Both the position numbers and the translations under genes were made by a program. DNA of 64,000 nucleotides, from NCBI GenBank assembly GCA_958009085.1, contig OY253675.1, positions 1,054,001 through 1,118,000 on the forward strand. Reading direction: 5' to 3'. The number at the start of each line of letters is the position of its first letter. The stretch's first letter is position 1. The DNA comes from Protoeuglena noctilucae. Its lineage: Eukaryota. This document shows positions 48,736 through 64,000 of the stretch, in pieces. Under the pieces are notes generated by a model. That model had not been told where the DNA came from. It ran no database searches and worked only from the letters and a program-made list of their open reading frames with translations.

Positions 48736-49614
48736 GGCTGCGGGGGGGGACGAAGGGACGTGGTCCGGGGCAGTGGTCCCCCTCGCCCGCGCCGGCGGCA
48801 AAGCATCTTGGGAAGCTGCGAGCGCATCCGCAGTGCTCCTCGGCTTGCGAAAATGCGCACCCCAGCGAGCGAGGACCAGGGAGCCGCCCGCGCCGAGGGG
48901 TGGGAGGCCATGGCGTTCGAGGGAAAAGGCACTCGGACGCCGGTCCCCCTACGCTACTTGATAGGATCTCAATTCACCGGATCGAACGCTCTCGACCCGC
49001 AGCGCCACCCCTCGACGCGGCGCGGGGCGTCCCGAGGGTCCGCGATTCGGCGGGGCCTACCGTCCGGTCCCACGCCCCGTGAGCGGGCGCCAGCGATGGA
49101 AAAGAGGACAACTAGCGCAAGGGAAACGGTCGCGCGGGGACGGCGGCAGCGGATGGAGCTGGCCGCCGAACGCCCTTGGTGTGAGGGGCCCGTGAAGTGG
49201 CTTCGCTTCCTACGGCCCTTTGCCCCTTACACACATCAGCCAGATGACTCCCGGGCCCCGTTGAGCGGGTTCCGCGGCGCGGCTCCTCACCCTTGACCGT
49301 CTTCTTCGCAGCCGACCGAGCGGCCTGGATCGCGTGGGCGTCATCGCCCTCCGCGAAGACCAGGGCCTCCAGACAGACGTCACGCATGGCTCCTTGACGC
49401 TAGGTTCCGTCCGCTGGCAATGCTATGACGATTCACAGCGGCAGAGGCGCGGGAAGGCCTGGACAAGAGCCAAGAAATCCAGCTCGCAGGAAGCCCTCCT
49501 GTTACCAGAGGCGATCCAAAGGCACAAAGTAAGCAAAAAAGCCATCGGGCCATGAAGATTGGGGGTCTAAGGACAAGTTAACCTTCTGGCGCACCGTGCA
49601 GCACACGCACGCGA

Positions 49615-51090
49615 TCAGAAGTCCGGCCGGGGTGGGTTGTACCCGTCGTCCATGGCGTCGTAGTAGTAGTCCCGCCTGGGCCCGTGCCACGTGATGATCT
49701 GCGTGGCGTTGACCGTCCTCGGCACGGCACAGCTGACGAGCCCGATGACGCCGCCGCGGGGCCGCACCGAGGGCGGCTGCACGGTCACGGTCATGTTGCG
49801 GAAGACGTCCGCGTCCCTGCACATCACGGCAGGCGCAGAGGTGTGGCAGACAGGGGCGGCAACCATGCCACGGCAGGCCCCCAGGGTAGCTCCCCGCCCA
49901 CCGCCACGCACCGAACCTCGAAGAAGCTGCAGTTGGGCGCGGGGTAGTTGAAGAGGGACGCCATGCCCCCGTACCCGTACGCGGCGATCCCGTGCGACAT
50001 CATCCCCATGCACACGGCGAGCGTGGCCACAGACCGCCGGGTCTTGAAGGCCGCCATGGTCCCGGCCAGCTGCATGGTGAACCAGTGGTGCAGGTGGACG
50101 CCGGCGCCCTCGAGCAGCGCCACAGCGGTGATGCCGATGCCCATGAAGGCCACCAGGCCTAGGCGCGTGGCAAAGTACACGGCGCGCTCGTCGGGGGGCA
50201 GGCGCCGCAGGGCGTGCGTGACGTGGTGCCAGATGGCGTAGGCCACGAGGGCGAGGATGAGGATCGTGAAGACCCACATGATGGGACCCCACACGGCGAT
50301 GGTGCCCAGCGACTGCTGCAGCGGCCGCCACAGCGTGACCGCCGTGAAGAGCGGGCTGACGGCGAGCATGACGCAGGGCGCCCACCAGCTGCGGGAATGG
50401 GCAAGCGGGTAGCAGGTGGGAGCTGTGGCGGGCCCGGGACACTCAGAGGGCTGTAATGTGAAACACGCGGGGGGGAGTGACGCTCACCACGTGACGAAGA
50501 AGTGGTACACACGGTCCTTGGCCAGGCCGTTCACCATCCACTGGACAAAGAAGGTCAGCATGTACAGGCCCACGAGGTCGGCGAAGGCGCGGGCGCTGTC
50601 CCACTGTGGCTCACCGTCGGGGGGGAAGCCTGAGGGGGGTCCACAGGCACGCGGTCAGGTGAGGATGTCGGGTGGTTGCAGCAAGCGACATCACCCGCCA
50701 GCCCCACGCCCTGAAAAGCTCACCCTCGATGGCCAGGAGTCGTGTGAAGAGGTAGGTGACGGTGATGGCCGCGAACCATATGCACAGGGCCAGGTAGGGC
50801 CACCCAGCTTCGCTCTCCACGAAGGCGCGCCAGAGGGGGCCCCTCTGCAGGGACCCCACGACGCGTGCGAGGAGCGGCGCCTTGGCGGAGTCCTCGTCGG
50901 CGTCGGCATGGCTGTGGCTCGTGCTCGCGGGGCTCGGCTCGTCCGTCACGCAGACGGCGTTGCGTGCGCTCACGGCCATCGTCAAAGACGCGGGGTCTTC
51001 AGCCGGTTCCACCTCCGTCTCGATGATGCCCTGCTCCAGGTCGTCCTCGTCGATAAGCGGCTCAAGCAAGGAGGATTCTCCCGCGGACAT
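49615..51090 (-). CDS. Hypothetical multi-pass membrane protein with HLHHW motif
   Basis: 'LLEPLI' N-terminus, several hydrophobic helices over 4 exons, 'VHLHHWF..SHGIAAYG', and a short Cys-containing C-terminal domain. Confidence 0.65.
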
Positions 51091-52243
51091 GGCCAGTCTT
51101 CACGACCGGCTTGCATCCGAAGGGCCTCGCGCCCCGGACTCTCCACCGCTGGCCCAACGATGGCACGAGCAAATCGATGCTAGGGATATCAATGAGATGA
51201 GCTACAGAAACGCTAGTATCAGTGGAAGGATACGCGACAGCGGGCCCTGCAACGAGGCGCGAGCAAAATGGCCCTCACGCCAGCTCTACGGGCCCAGGAG
51301 AGTGGTGCGGAACACATGCGATCACAGCGGCATGAATCGTGCCATGTGGCTCCCTGAAATCCCCTGCCTTGGTTGCCTGGGGCTTCCCCCGCTCTGACAC
51401 AGCTCTGAGCGACTGATGTGGCCTGTGCGCGCACCGCAGCCGGCCAGTGCTTGTCGCGTAACTATGGCCGCGTCGTGCCGAGCCCACGCGCCAGTCGCCG
51501 CGCCCTTCGCGCGGGCGGGGAGGCGCTTCTCGCCCGCGCCCGCGCAGCTGGGGCACCCGGAGGCACGCCCGCACCGGGTGGTCGCCGTCACCGACGTCTC
51601 TGCGCACGACGGCCGGCACGGGAGGAGGGATGTCTCCGCCGCGAGCACGTCGGGCATGAATGGGTCGGGTGAGGACTTCCGGCCAGCGATTGCAGGCTTC
51701 GGGACCGCAATCGTGGCGTTTGTTGCCGGATTGGGCCACTCGCCAGCTCGGCCTCGACGCCCGCTTCCCGCCCGGCCCGGACTCCGTGCGACCCATCGCC
51801 GGGGGCAGCCGTGGCGGGAACGGCTGCGCGGCCGCGTGCCTGGCTTTCGAGGGAGGTTCGGCTGGGGTTCGGTCCCGCTCAACGACGGCCCGTTGGAGGC
51901 CCGGGCTCCGAAGTTCTGGCTCGGGACGGTTCCCCGCCTTTTTCGGCCCCCCGCGCGCGGGAAGGGCCTGCTCTCGGCCTCCGCACGAGGCCCGACCCTG
52001 TATGCGCGCACCGGTGTCGGCCTCCGTGACCGCGAGCGCCCGGAGACGCTGGGGGACGCTGCTCCCGGTCTCCCTCGTCTCGGGGGCGCCGGGAAGGCGC
52101 GGGCGGGCCTTGCGGATGGTTCCCTGGGCATGATCGCCGCAATGCGATGTTTTGGGTCCCTTAGATCCCGCAAGCGAGCCGAAGCGTGCGCGCATGGCGT
52201 CGGGAGAGCTGCTGCCCCATCCGCTCCCGGTCCCGTCGCCCCG

Positions 52244-54627
<2,384 letters not shown>

Positions 54628-54953
54628 AGGAAGGGCCGCAGCGACGACGGAGGCGCGACGAGCGGCGCCGCGCGAGCACATCGCTTGAGAAGGATTTTCT
54701 GGAGGTATTCTGACCCCTGCCGAGCCCTGTTGAGGAGGCGTTTTTCCGAATGTGTGTCTTTCCGTGCGTGGCGCTTTTCCGACCCAAATGCGCCACGTTC
54801 CCAGTCTCCTCTTCCCCCACGCGAGCCTCTTTCCGCTTCCCTTCGCCCCCGCGCCCATCCCTGCCCGACGCGAGCGCGAGCGCGGTTTCAAGTACACTAC
54901 CAAGCCTTGGCAGCCACGCCATCGTCACAAACTGGCTGGTCCGCCTGCCCCGC

Positions 54954-56838
54954 TCATGACTCGACCGGCTCGTCCACCCGCCCCGCCGCCACCGCGTCCC
55001 GCCACGTGTTGGGCATCCCCAGCTCGTCTGCCGCGTCCGCATGCCACAGGTCCTGTGGATCGGTCGACCAATCGGTGCATGGACTGTCTATGCACATGAA
55101 AACCACATGAGCACGTCCATACATCCCATCCACCCCACCTCACCTGGAAGAGGACGGTGGAAAGATACCTCTCCCCGAAGCTGGGGAGCACCACGACGAT
55201 GACCTTGCCCTCGTTCTCGGGGCGCGACCCGATGCGGACGGCCGCGGAGACGGCGGCGCCCGAGGAGATGCCGGCGAGGATGCCCTCGTGGATGGCCAGC
55301 TCACGCGCCGTCTGGGGGGAGAGGAGGGGGTATGGGTGTGGGTGTGGGTGGCAGTGTGGGTGTAAGTGTGGGTGTGGGTGTGGTTGCAGTGATGCCGCCG
55401 GACTGGGAGACGGGTGAGTGGGTGTGGGTGTGGGTGTAGATGTAAGTCTGGGTGTAAAGGATGGGGATGCCCTCGTGGATGGCCAGCTCAGCGCCAAGAC
55501 CACCACCACCAACCCTCTGCTCTCACCTGCACGGCCTCGGGCGACGACACCCGCACCCCCACCACCACCACCACACCACCAATCCCCACCCCTCACCTGC
55601 ACGGCCTCGGTCGACGACACCCGCACGACCTCATCAATGAACTGCTCCCTCAGCACCCTGGGCTTGAACCCCGCCCCGATGCCCTGGATCTGGTGGTACC
55701 CGGGTTTGCCCCCGGACAGCACCGGGCTCTCCTCCGGCTCCACCGCCACGAACTGACACGAGGGCCGCACCGGCCGCACCGCCTCCGCCACGCCCGTGAG
55801 CGTGCCACCCGTGCCCACCCCCGCCACCACCACGTCCACCAGCCCCGCCGTGTCCGCCAGGATCTCCGGGCCCGTCGTCAGCCGGTGCACCTGGGGGTTG
55901 TGGGGGTTCTGCGGAACAGGCGATGGGGTGGGTACCCATGTCATATCACGGCTTGCCATGATTAGAGAATTGTCAGTCGACACTGCGACAGAGTCAAACG
56001 ATGGGAACAGAGAGACTTGGGAACCATCGCCTCCGCGGCGCATCCCCAGCCCCTCGCCTCGAACTGCTGCAGCATGTAGGCGTTGGGCGTACTGGAGCAA
56101 ATCTCGTTCGCCTTGCGGATGGCCCCGTTCATGCCCAGGCGGCCGTCCGTGAGGACCAGGTCGGCCCCAAAGGCGCGGAGGAGCACGCGGCGCTCGCTGG
56201 ACATGGTGTCGGGCATCGTGAGGATCAAGCGGTAGCCCTTGGCGGCGGCGACGAAGGCCAGGCCGACGCCCGTGTTGCCGGACGTGGGCTCCACGAGGGT
56301 CGTGCGGTCGGGGGAGATGAGGCCGGCGCGCTCGGCCTCCTCCACCATGCTGAGCGCGATGCGGTCCTTGACGGACCGACAGGGCTCCATCAACTCGAGC
56401 TTCGCGAGGATCAGAGCGCGGCTCCGGCGCGTCACGCGCGGAGAGAGCTTCACCTGCGCGCGGCACGAGCAGGGGGCGCCTCGCGGCGCCGCAGACGCGG
56501 CAGACCGCCAGCGGCAGGGCGAGAGGTGCCACAGTCACTGTCAAGCAGCGAAGGCCGTCTGCGATCGACGGGGAAAGCGAGACGCGAGCGCGGCGCACCA
56601 GCGGAGTCTTGCCGACGAGTTTGGTGATGTCCTCCGCGATACCCTCCACGAGGTTGTCTCGAGAGAAGCGCTGGGAGTTGATAGCCATCACACAAGTGTT
56701 ACTGTGCCCCCGGACCAGGGCGCCCGGCCGCAGGAGCGCGAAGGGGCGCGTCTCCATGCACGTGGGTCCGTGCCGCGGCCCGGCGGGGCCATCGGCTTGC
56801 ACCCTCAGCCCCCTGATACAGGACATCGATTGAGCCAT
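54954..56838 (-). CDS. OASTL: Cysteine synthase / O-acetylserine(thiol)lyase
   Basis: 'GKTPL', PLP-lysine motif 'SVKDRI', 'EPTSGNTG', 'GVGTGGT', '[10 protein letters not shown]', '[13 protein letters not shown]'. Several in-frame ATGs (56688-56838). Confidence 0.95.
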
Positions 56839-57164
56839 CCTGCCCCGCTCTCTGGTCCCACGCACGGGCCTGAATCGACGGAATCGCGCCAATCCTCCCT
56901 ATGGGCGGGGCTGGAGTGATGCCTAGCCGTTCTCAAAATCTGTGTACAGAGGATAGTGGCATCTGCGCCATCATCGGGCTTTGTTACTTCTCTGACGGTG
57001 GAGGCATCCCCCGCACCGCTCTGAAAGTTAGCTGGAGCCGCTTTAGAGTCCCATAGTGACTTCTCGTACTTCAAAACACGTAGCGAGACCCGACTGGTGT
57101 GTAGAATCGGGCGCTTTCGCGGGGCAGCGTGCGGACTGGTGGGGGGGGGTCGTTGGCGGGCTCC

Positions 57165-58995
57165 ATGGGAGACAACCCGTTTGCGCGGGGTGGGAAGTCC
57201 CCTTTGTACGATGACGACGGGGTGGCGCCGGTGAGTGCAGGCTTCCGGGGCCTGCTCGCCCGCGCAGGGGCCGTGAGCTCCTTCGTCAGTTCTCCCTCGC
57301 TCCGCGGCCCCCCGCCACGCGCCTTCCGTCGTTGACCCGGCCCCTGCCGAGCGATGCGTAGGTCCGGGCGACATGACCCCGCGGCCCCGCGCGAAGGGCC
57401 AGCCCGCTCCCCCCGACATGCAGAGCAATGCGGGGCTTGGCGGCGGGGGCGGGGCGTGGGGGAACGGGACTCGGCCCGCGGCCGCGCCACCTCAGCACTT
57501 CGACAGCTCACAAGCACAAGGTGGGACACGGGCAGGCCCGATATGCGAAGGGGATGCGGAGGGAACACGGCTTGCGTATCCGTCTGTCCTCTCCGCTTCC
57601 GGCACGCGACCTTGACGCACTGCTGGGAGTCCAGACTATCGTGTTTGATCGATGCCTACATCTGCTTCCTCCTCAGGCCCCCCATCGTCGCAGCCGGGGA
57701 TGACAGAGGGGCAGAAGCGGGGGGCCTTCATGGACCGGTTCCGGAAGCGGAAGGAGGAGCCGCAGCCGGCGAATGAACCAGGAACGCGTTACGCGTTCGA
57801 TCCCAAACCGCCTGCGGGTCCTCAACCGGGGCAGGAAGAGGCGAATTGGGACCGGCAGGCGGCGCTGGACCAGCGCGAGCGACAACTGGCGGAGGCGAGG
57901 AGCCGGGGCGGCATCGCGGGACCTGGATTGAGCCTAAACCTCTGTCAATGAACATAAATTCCATCGCGCCCTGCTGGACTGCCGTTCATTGGACGCTCGC
58001 GGCGCCCGGGCGCGTCTCGTGATTTGCAGCGCGCAGAGTGCAGTCCCTGCGCCTCTCACCCGCGCCCCCGCGCCGCCCCCGCAGCGGGAGCGTCGTCTCG
58101 CGGAGCGCGAGGCCGCGCTGAGTTCCGGCGCTTTCGCGGGCGGCCGGCGCGAGAAGAACTGGCCGGTGTGCTGCAAGGTGGTGCACCACGACATCAAGGG
58201 CGACGTGCCCGCCCGCGCCCAGCGCGCCGTGACGCTCGTCTACTGGTCGTTCCTCCTCTTCGCCGTCTGCATGGCCTACAACACTCTCGCGGCCACCTGC
58301 GCCCTCTTCACGGTGGGCGTCGGCGTGCTCTGGCAGTGGATGCTCAGCTGGATCTTCATCATCGGGGGCGTGCCCGGCGCCGCCATCCTCTGGTACCTCC
58401 GTCTCTACAACGCCGCCACCAACGACCGCTTCACCACCTTCATCTGGTTCTTCCTCATGTACTTCATCCACCTGGTGAGGGGCCTGGGGTTGGGACTGCC
58501 CATGAAGGTAGAGCATATATGTGCTTAACAAACGACCCTGTGTTGTGTGCTCAAACTCGACCAGCGGGCAAGGGTCGTTCCCATGACCTTCGGCAGTAAT
58601 GGGTAGTCATGGGTGCCTGGCACCAGCAGACACAGTGCCCATCCCATTCCATCCCTCCCATCCACTCCCCCCATCCCCCCCAGGCCTTCTGCATCGTCGC
58701 GGCCGCCGCCCCCCCCTTCAGCAGCAGCACCTCGTGGTTCTTTGCGGGGTTCGTGTCGGGGTCCAAGGCGTTCCACTCCGCCAAGTGGCTGGGGACCATG
58801 TACATGGTCGGGGGCGTGTTCTGGATCGCCGAGATCATCCTGGTCATCTTCGCGAAGGGCACCGTGCTCAGGTACTGGCGCAACCAGGGGGGGCCAAACG
58901 ACATCGAGCGGCAGGTCAACGCCATGAACACACTCACGGCCATGAACGGGGGGCAGGGGGGGAGGGGCGGGGTGCAGATGGCCGGGGGGAGGTGA
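57165..58995 (+). CDS. SCAMP: Secretory carrier membrane protein
   Basis: 'DNPF', coiled coil 'LDQRERQLAE', 'EKNWP..VHHDI', four TM helices and the E-peptide 'LWYLRLYNA'. Confidence 0.9.
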
Positions 58996-59342
58996 AGATG
59001 GGGAGGGGTCTGGGGCGCCGGGGACGTGCTACGTGCTATGGCGACCCGAACGTAACGTGCTTTGGCGAACGCCCCGTGCGAGGGGAGCTGTCCGGCAGCC
59101 GTGTTTCGCTCTGTTTTGGCGGGGCCGGTCAGCTCCCCGCTTCCTTCAGTGGCGTGACTGTGTTTGAGCGAAAGTGCCGGGGCGTGTGCCGTGCGTGCGA
59201 TTGCCGACCATCTCCACACCACGATGCGCGGCAGGGAGCCTGGCTCTAACAGGCGAGGCACCGTAGATTTGAATAGCAGGACACCATTACCGGCACCGAA
59301 TGCGAACATTCGCTTGAAGAATGAGCATCACTCCTTCACCTC

Positions 59343-60993
59343 TCACGCCCCCCCCATCTCCCCCGCCACGCTCCCCCACATGCCCCTCAGCCCCTCGCAC
59401 ACCCGCTCCACCCCCTCCCTCACCACCTCCAGCGGCACCCAGTCGTCCTGAGACGCGTCCTGCAAAGACAAACGTGAAGACAATGTCATATACCAGCACA
59501 TGCACATGTGACGACCAGCAGTCGCATGCAGCCACCACGCATGCAAAGCAAAGCTGCCACCTGCATGCCACACATGCCAAGCGTCACTCCCCAGCCCATG
59601 CAAGCCTGCAGCTCTCGCCTGCAAGTCCAGCAGGCCCCTCCCCTCCGCCACCCGTTGCAGCAGGTCCACCCACTCGTCCGACCCCACCCCCGCCACGTTG
59701 CCCACGTCCAATATCTGGGGAGGGCAATGGCATGTAATACATGGGCTGACACACGATCACAGGGCACTGGCTGGCTGGCAGAAAGCATGTGCTCCCCACC
59801 CCACCTCACTACCACCCCATGCATCTGTCCCACTCCCTCACCCGGTGCAGCGCCTCCACCGTCGCCCTGTGCACGCACTGCAAGGGTGCAGGGGACGCCC
59901 CCTCCTCCGCGCCCCCTTTTCGAGACCGCGCCTCCCGCCACAGACGACGCAGCCACCCCTTCTGCCCCACAGCCCTGCGCCAGCGTCGACACAAGAGAGG
60001 GGCGATGACCGGTGCACATTTGCCTGTCAGCTATCGCACATTCCACTGATAGCCATCACACAAATACGTCACCACCCTGAGCAATGACAGCCCGCATCCA
60101 TCCGCTATCCTGTCTGCGCTTCCCCACCCTCCTCACCTCCCTCCCTCCCCCTCCCCCCCATCCCTCGGCCCCTCCCCCTCTCCCCTCGCCGCGCTCGCCA
60201 CTCGTGACACCCCCGGCAGCTGCTTGCGTGGCAACTCCACCCTCGCATCCGGCTGGCTCTCCCACAGCAGCCGACACAGCCAGTCGACAACGGTCGTGAC
60301 GTCAGACGCGGAAGCCATCGCCTCTGAACATGAGAACGGGAGTGGGTGTGTGGCAGGGTATGTGTACTTGGGTGCGGGTGAGGGGCGAAGTGGGGAGGGA
60401 CAACATGTGGGACGCGACCCGTGCCATGCTGCGGCGTGACTGGCTCCGTTCATTGACCACGCAACCACCGCCTCCGCTCACCCGTCAGCTGCAGCATGCA
60501 CCAGGCCTGCATGCGTGCGGGGAACTCGTGGGCCGGGTGGCCGGACGACACGGCATCGCAGTCGCAGAGGAACGCGTCCAGGTCCATCATCGACACGAGA
60601 CCGTCCTTATCCGCGTCCAGCTGCCAGAGGACGCCTAGATGGTGCAAGTCCACGCCCCACTGCGGCTCGGGCATTCGGATGCGCATCACGTCCTCCATCC
60701 CCAGGCCCTCGCGGCCCTCCGCCTCCGGACGCGCAAACTCTTCCTGCGACGGAGGTCATGCGAGCAAAGCGAGCTCGAGTCGCAGCGGAGCGAGGGAGAA
60801 ACGCGGACAGAAGGCCGCGCAGAAAACGAAGTCCCGAGCGGCGACTGTAGTACTCCGGGACAGGTGAGATTTCGTCGGCAGTATTTTTGACGAGTTGAGA
60901 AAACAAGACAGTCGCATGTGCGTGCGCACGGGGCTTGAGCGCGGCAAGCCTCGCCTCCAGGAACGCGCGCAGGTTGGAGTTGCCCGCGCCCAT
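59343..60993 (-). CDS. Hypothetical protein with a single EF-hand-like loop
   Basis: 'LWQLDADKDGLVSMMDL' plus spliced exons ending 'DDWVPLEVVREG'. 5' exons uncertain. Confidence 0.6.
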
Positions 60994-61370
60994 CTCCGGG
61001 ACCCAAGCCAAGGCAGCTCCGGAGGCAGGTTTGCGTGCTTTGTCTCGTCACGCGTCCCCAATCCCCGAGGCTCTTGGTTTCATCCCTGGCAGGGTCAATG
61101 AGGGTTCTCCCTGCGCGCGGCTGGCGGCCCGCCAGCCTGCGTTAGACTGACCTGCCCCCTACCTTAGCAGGCAGAAACCTAGCATCGATTTGTGACGAGC
61201 CGCGCAACAGGAGACAAGAAACGCTTCAAGAAACCAGCAAACTGGGCGGGTTTCATCGGCGTTTGCATTCGTCCCTCCGTCGTGGCCCGAGACGCTTCGG
61301 TTAGAGCTCTCTTGGTCGCTACCGACGTCATAGACGGAGCAGCGACTCATTTCGCGCCGGTCAGCGGCCC

Positions 61371-63967
61371 ATGCGACTCGTCTCGCTGGCTAGGGCGGGG
61401 GCGCCCGCCACGCGCCCCGCGCCCGCGCGCGTCGCCGGCATGCCAGTCCCGGGCCAGGCCGTGGCTCTCCCCTTGCTGAGGTAAGTGTTGCGGAGGACCT
61501 CGCGCCGACCCCCGCTCAAACGGCGCGCCCAGTCGCGGTGGTAGGGTCGGTGTCGCGCGTACCCCACCGCTCCCCGAGCGGAGCGACGGATCCTGATGAC
61601 ACGCAGAGTCCGACGCCCCTTTGTTCTCCGAAATCGTTACTTTTGTTCTGTGCTCTCTCGCGCCCTTTCTCGCTCCCGGCGAGGAGCACCGGCGCTGCGT
61701 ATAGGGCCTCCACCGCCCGACCGCGCGCCGCGTGCAGTGAAGTCCGCGGCTCTCAGCTACCCGTGATGTCGCTATTGATACTGTAACTGCATCCATCGCG
61801 ACCCAATGCCTACTCGGTTACCCCGCAGGGGCCCAGGAGCGCCGCGCCCCGTGCGCCCGACCCTCCACGCCCGCCCCGCGCCCGTCGCCGTGCGCGCGGA
61901 GCCCTCCAGCGTGGCGCTGTCTGAGCCGGAACCGGAGATCGACCAGGTGACGCGAGCCACGCATCGGCATGACATCCGCATCCCCGTTTGCACGCACTGA
62001 TTCGCAAGCAAGCACGCACGCACGAGCAGCTTGACTGAGCTGACGTGACCCTCCCAGGAACCCGCGTGACCCGCTACCTCTTTTCGAGACTGCTAACAAC
62101 AAGCATCGCAATTCTCATCACCACTCGCTCCCTCACCCTGACCCCCCCAGGCCGCCCCCGCCCCCTCCCCTCCCCCGTCCTCTCCCCTCCAGGAGTTGGG
62201 CGCCACGGCCCTGTCCCTCGGCCTCCTCTACGCCACGGACACGGGACTCAAGAAGGTGTTCCTGGAGAACGGCATCGCGTTCCCCGCTCCCCTGGCGGGC
62301 ATGTTTGCAATCATTGGGGCACTGATCGTGCTGGCCACGGTCGCGGGGGATGAGAAGGCAGACGCCGCGGTGGACTGGTTCCGGTGAGACGAGAGATAGG
62401 AAGTGATAGATGAGGGATGAGTGTTGATAGAGGAGAGATGAGAGTGGAGATGAGAGATGAGATGTCGTGGTGGACTGGTTGGTTTCGGTGAGGTTGGCGA
62501 TGCGAGGCGTGAAGACAAGCTGTGGGGGATGGTAGGAAGAGTGTTGGTTCGCTTGCCTTCACCCTCTCTCGAGCATACAAGCACACACATGACATCATCT
62601 TCCCAGCATATCACACCTCTCACCCCCACCCCACCCCCGTCCCCTCCCCAGCCCCGGCCTGGACTGGCTCGCCCGCTGGCTCCCCCTCTTCTATGTCCCC
62701 TCCCTTGTCGTCGCGCCCGTGGCCATTGCCGCCGTCCCCGCCTCCCAGCTCACCCGCATCGTGGTTCTAGTCGTGGTTGGCATGGCTGCCTCCCTCGCTG
62801 TCACCGCCCAGACCACCGTCGCCATCCGCGGCTTCACCAACACCACCGCGCTGCCCCCCACGCCCTCCAAGCCCAAGCCGGGCTTCACGAACGCGCACAG
62901 CGTCGCGTGGGGCGCAGCTGCGGCTGCCTCCTTCGCTTTAGTAGCTGCGGGTGTGCCTGGGGTGGGCGTCGTGACCCCAGAGTCGGCGTTCATGCTTTCC
63001 GCCACGGTCGGTGGATTGCTGGTCGGCAGCGCCATGCCCGCTGGTTTCCGCCAGGTGGTGCACCCCGTGCTGACCATGGCGCTGATCGCCATGTCTGCCG
63101 GCCAGGCGCTGGCGTGGACGACCGGAGTCCCCCTGGAGTCGGTGTTTGCCACCTACCTCGCCAAGGGGAAGGGGCCCATGGGTGCAGGGGACCTCCTCAT
63201 GTCCTTCCTCGGATGCGTCATCCTGGTGAGACGAGCTGCGACTGTAAGAGATACTAGATGTATTACGACAGACACGACCGATTGTATGACACCGGTACAT
63301 CCCTCGTTGTCCTATCAGCTTCTGCCAACTCCCCTCTACCCTCTCCCTCTCCCCCAGTCCTTCGGCTTCCTTATCTGTAGTAACTAAGCAGCGCGCCATC
63401 ACACACCCGCTCTCTCACCCAGTCCCCCTCAGTCATTACCAACACACACTCTCCCTCTCCCCTCCCCCCCAGTCCTTCGGCTTCCGCATCTTTGAGCAGC
63501 GCGCCATCATGCGCCGACACTTCGTGGAGATCGTGGGGGGGTGCACCGCCTCCGCCCTCTTCGGCCTCTTCAGCTCCGCCGCCGCTGCACGCGCACTGGG
63601 CCTATCCCCAGACCTCGCCCTCTCCGTCGTGCCCCGCTCCGTCACCGTGGCGCTCGCCCTGCCCATCGCGACCCAGCTGGGCGCCACGCAGCTGTCCGTC
63701 ACCGCCACTGCTGTGATGCTTACGGGGCTGCTGGGGGCGTCATGTGCGCAGATCCTGCTCGATAAGCTCGGCTATAAGGACCCGATTGTGAGGGGCATGG
63801 CCACTGCGGGGTCCTCGCATGGACTGGGGACGGCGGCGTTGGCGGCTAAGGAGCCCGAAGCGCTGCCCTACTGCGCTCTCGCATACGCGGTCATCGGCAT
63901 CCTCGCCACTGTGTTCGCCAGCCTGCCGCCCGTCCGCGCCGCGCTCATCGCCATCTGCGGGGCTTAA
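61371..63967 (+). CDS. PLGG1: Plastid glycolate/glycerate translocator (LrgA-LrgB fusion)
   Basis: Transit-peptide-like exon 1, 'FPAPLAGMF', 'RWLPLFYVPSLV', 'GAGDLLMSFLG..SFGF', 'PRSVTVALA', 'SSHGLGTAAL..EPEALP'. Confidence 0.94.
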
Positions 63968-64000
63968 CTTGGAAGGGGGTGCGGGGGGAGGGAACGTGCT

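Noticed and set aside
51275..52243. Long ORFs upstream of NTRC, suggesting a large N-terminal extension or an extra gene
   Set aside because: Open in several frames on both strands, with low-information Arg/Gly/Pro content and no domain. Expected at this GC content.

Overview
This is gene-dense, GC-rich, intron-containing eukaryotic nuclear DNA, most likely from a green alga (it encodes plastid-type proteins such as NTRC, PLGG1, an RH50-like helicase and adenylate kinase). I could not determine the species. About 24 spliced genes can be assembled by eye, mostly housekeeping and often in alternating orientation. The central accessory-like stretch has two tandem, divergent EXO1/XPG-family nucleases (28.3-32.5 kb) and an ankyrin gene. 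It also has a complete 5.57-kb DNA transposon (36863-42435) with CATCGGGAAAACC terminal inverted repeats, an AA target-site duplication, inverted subterminal repeat arrays and a spliced Plavaka-like (CMC) transposase, inserted in a divergent promoter. Window-wide oddities: many GC-AG introns, intronic near-copies ('echoes') of neighbouring splice junctions, and a G-rich-at-donor / C-rich-at-acceptor skew reaching into exons. A group I truncated haemoglobin has an unusual distal pocket and a 10-nt frame break. All exon boundaries and family calls are manual motif recognition, not database searches.
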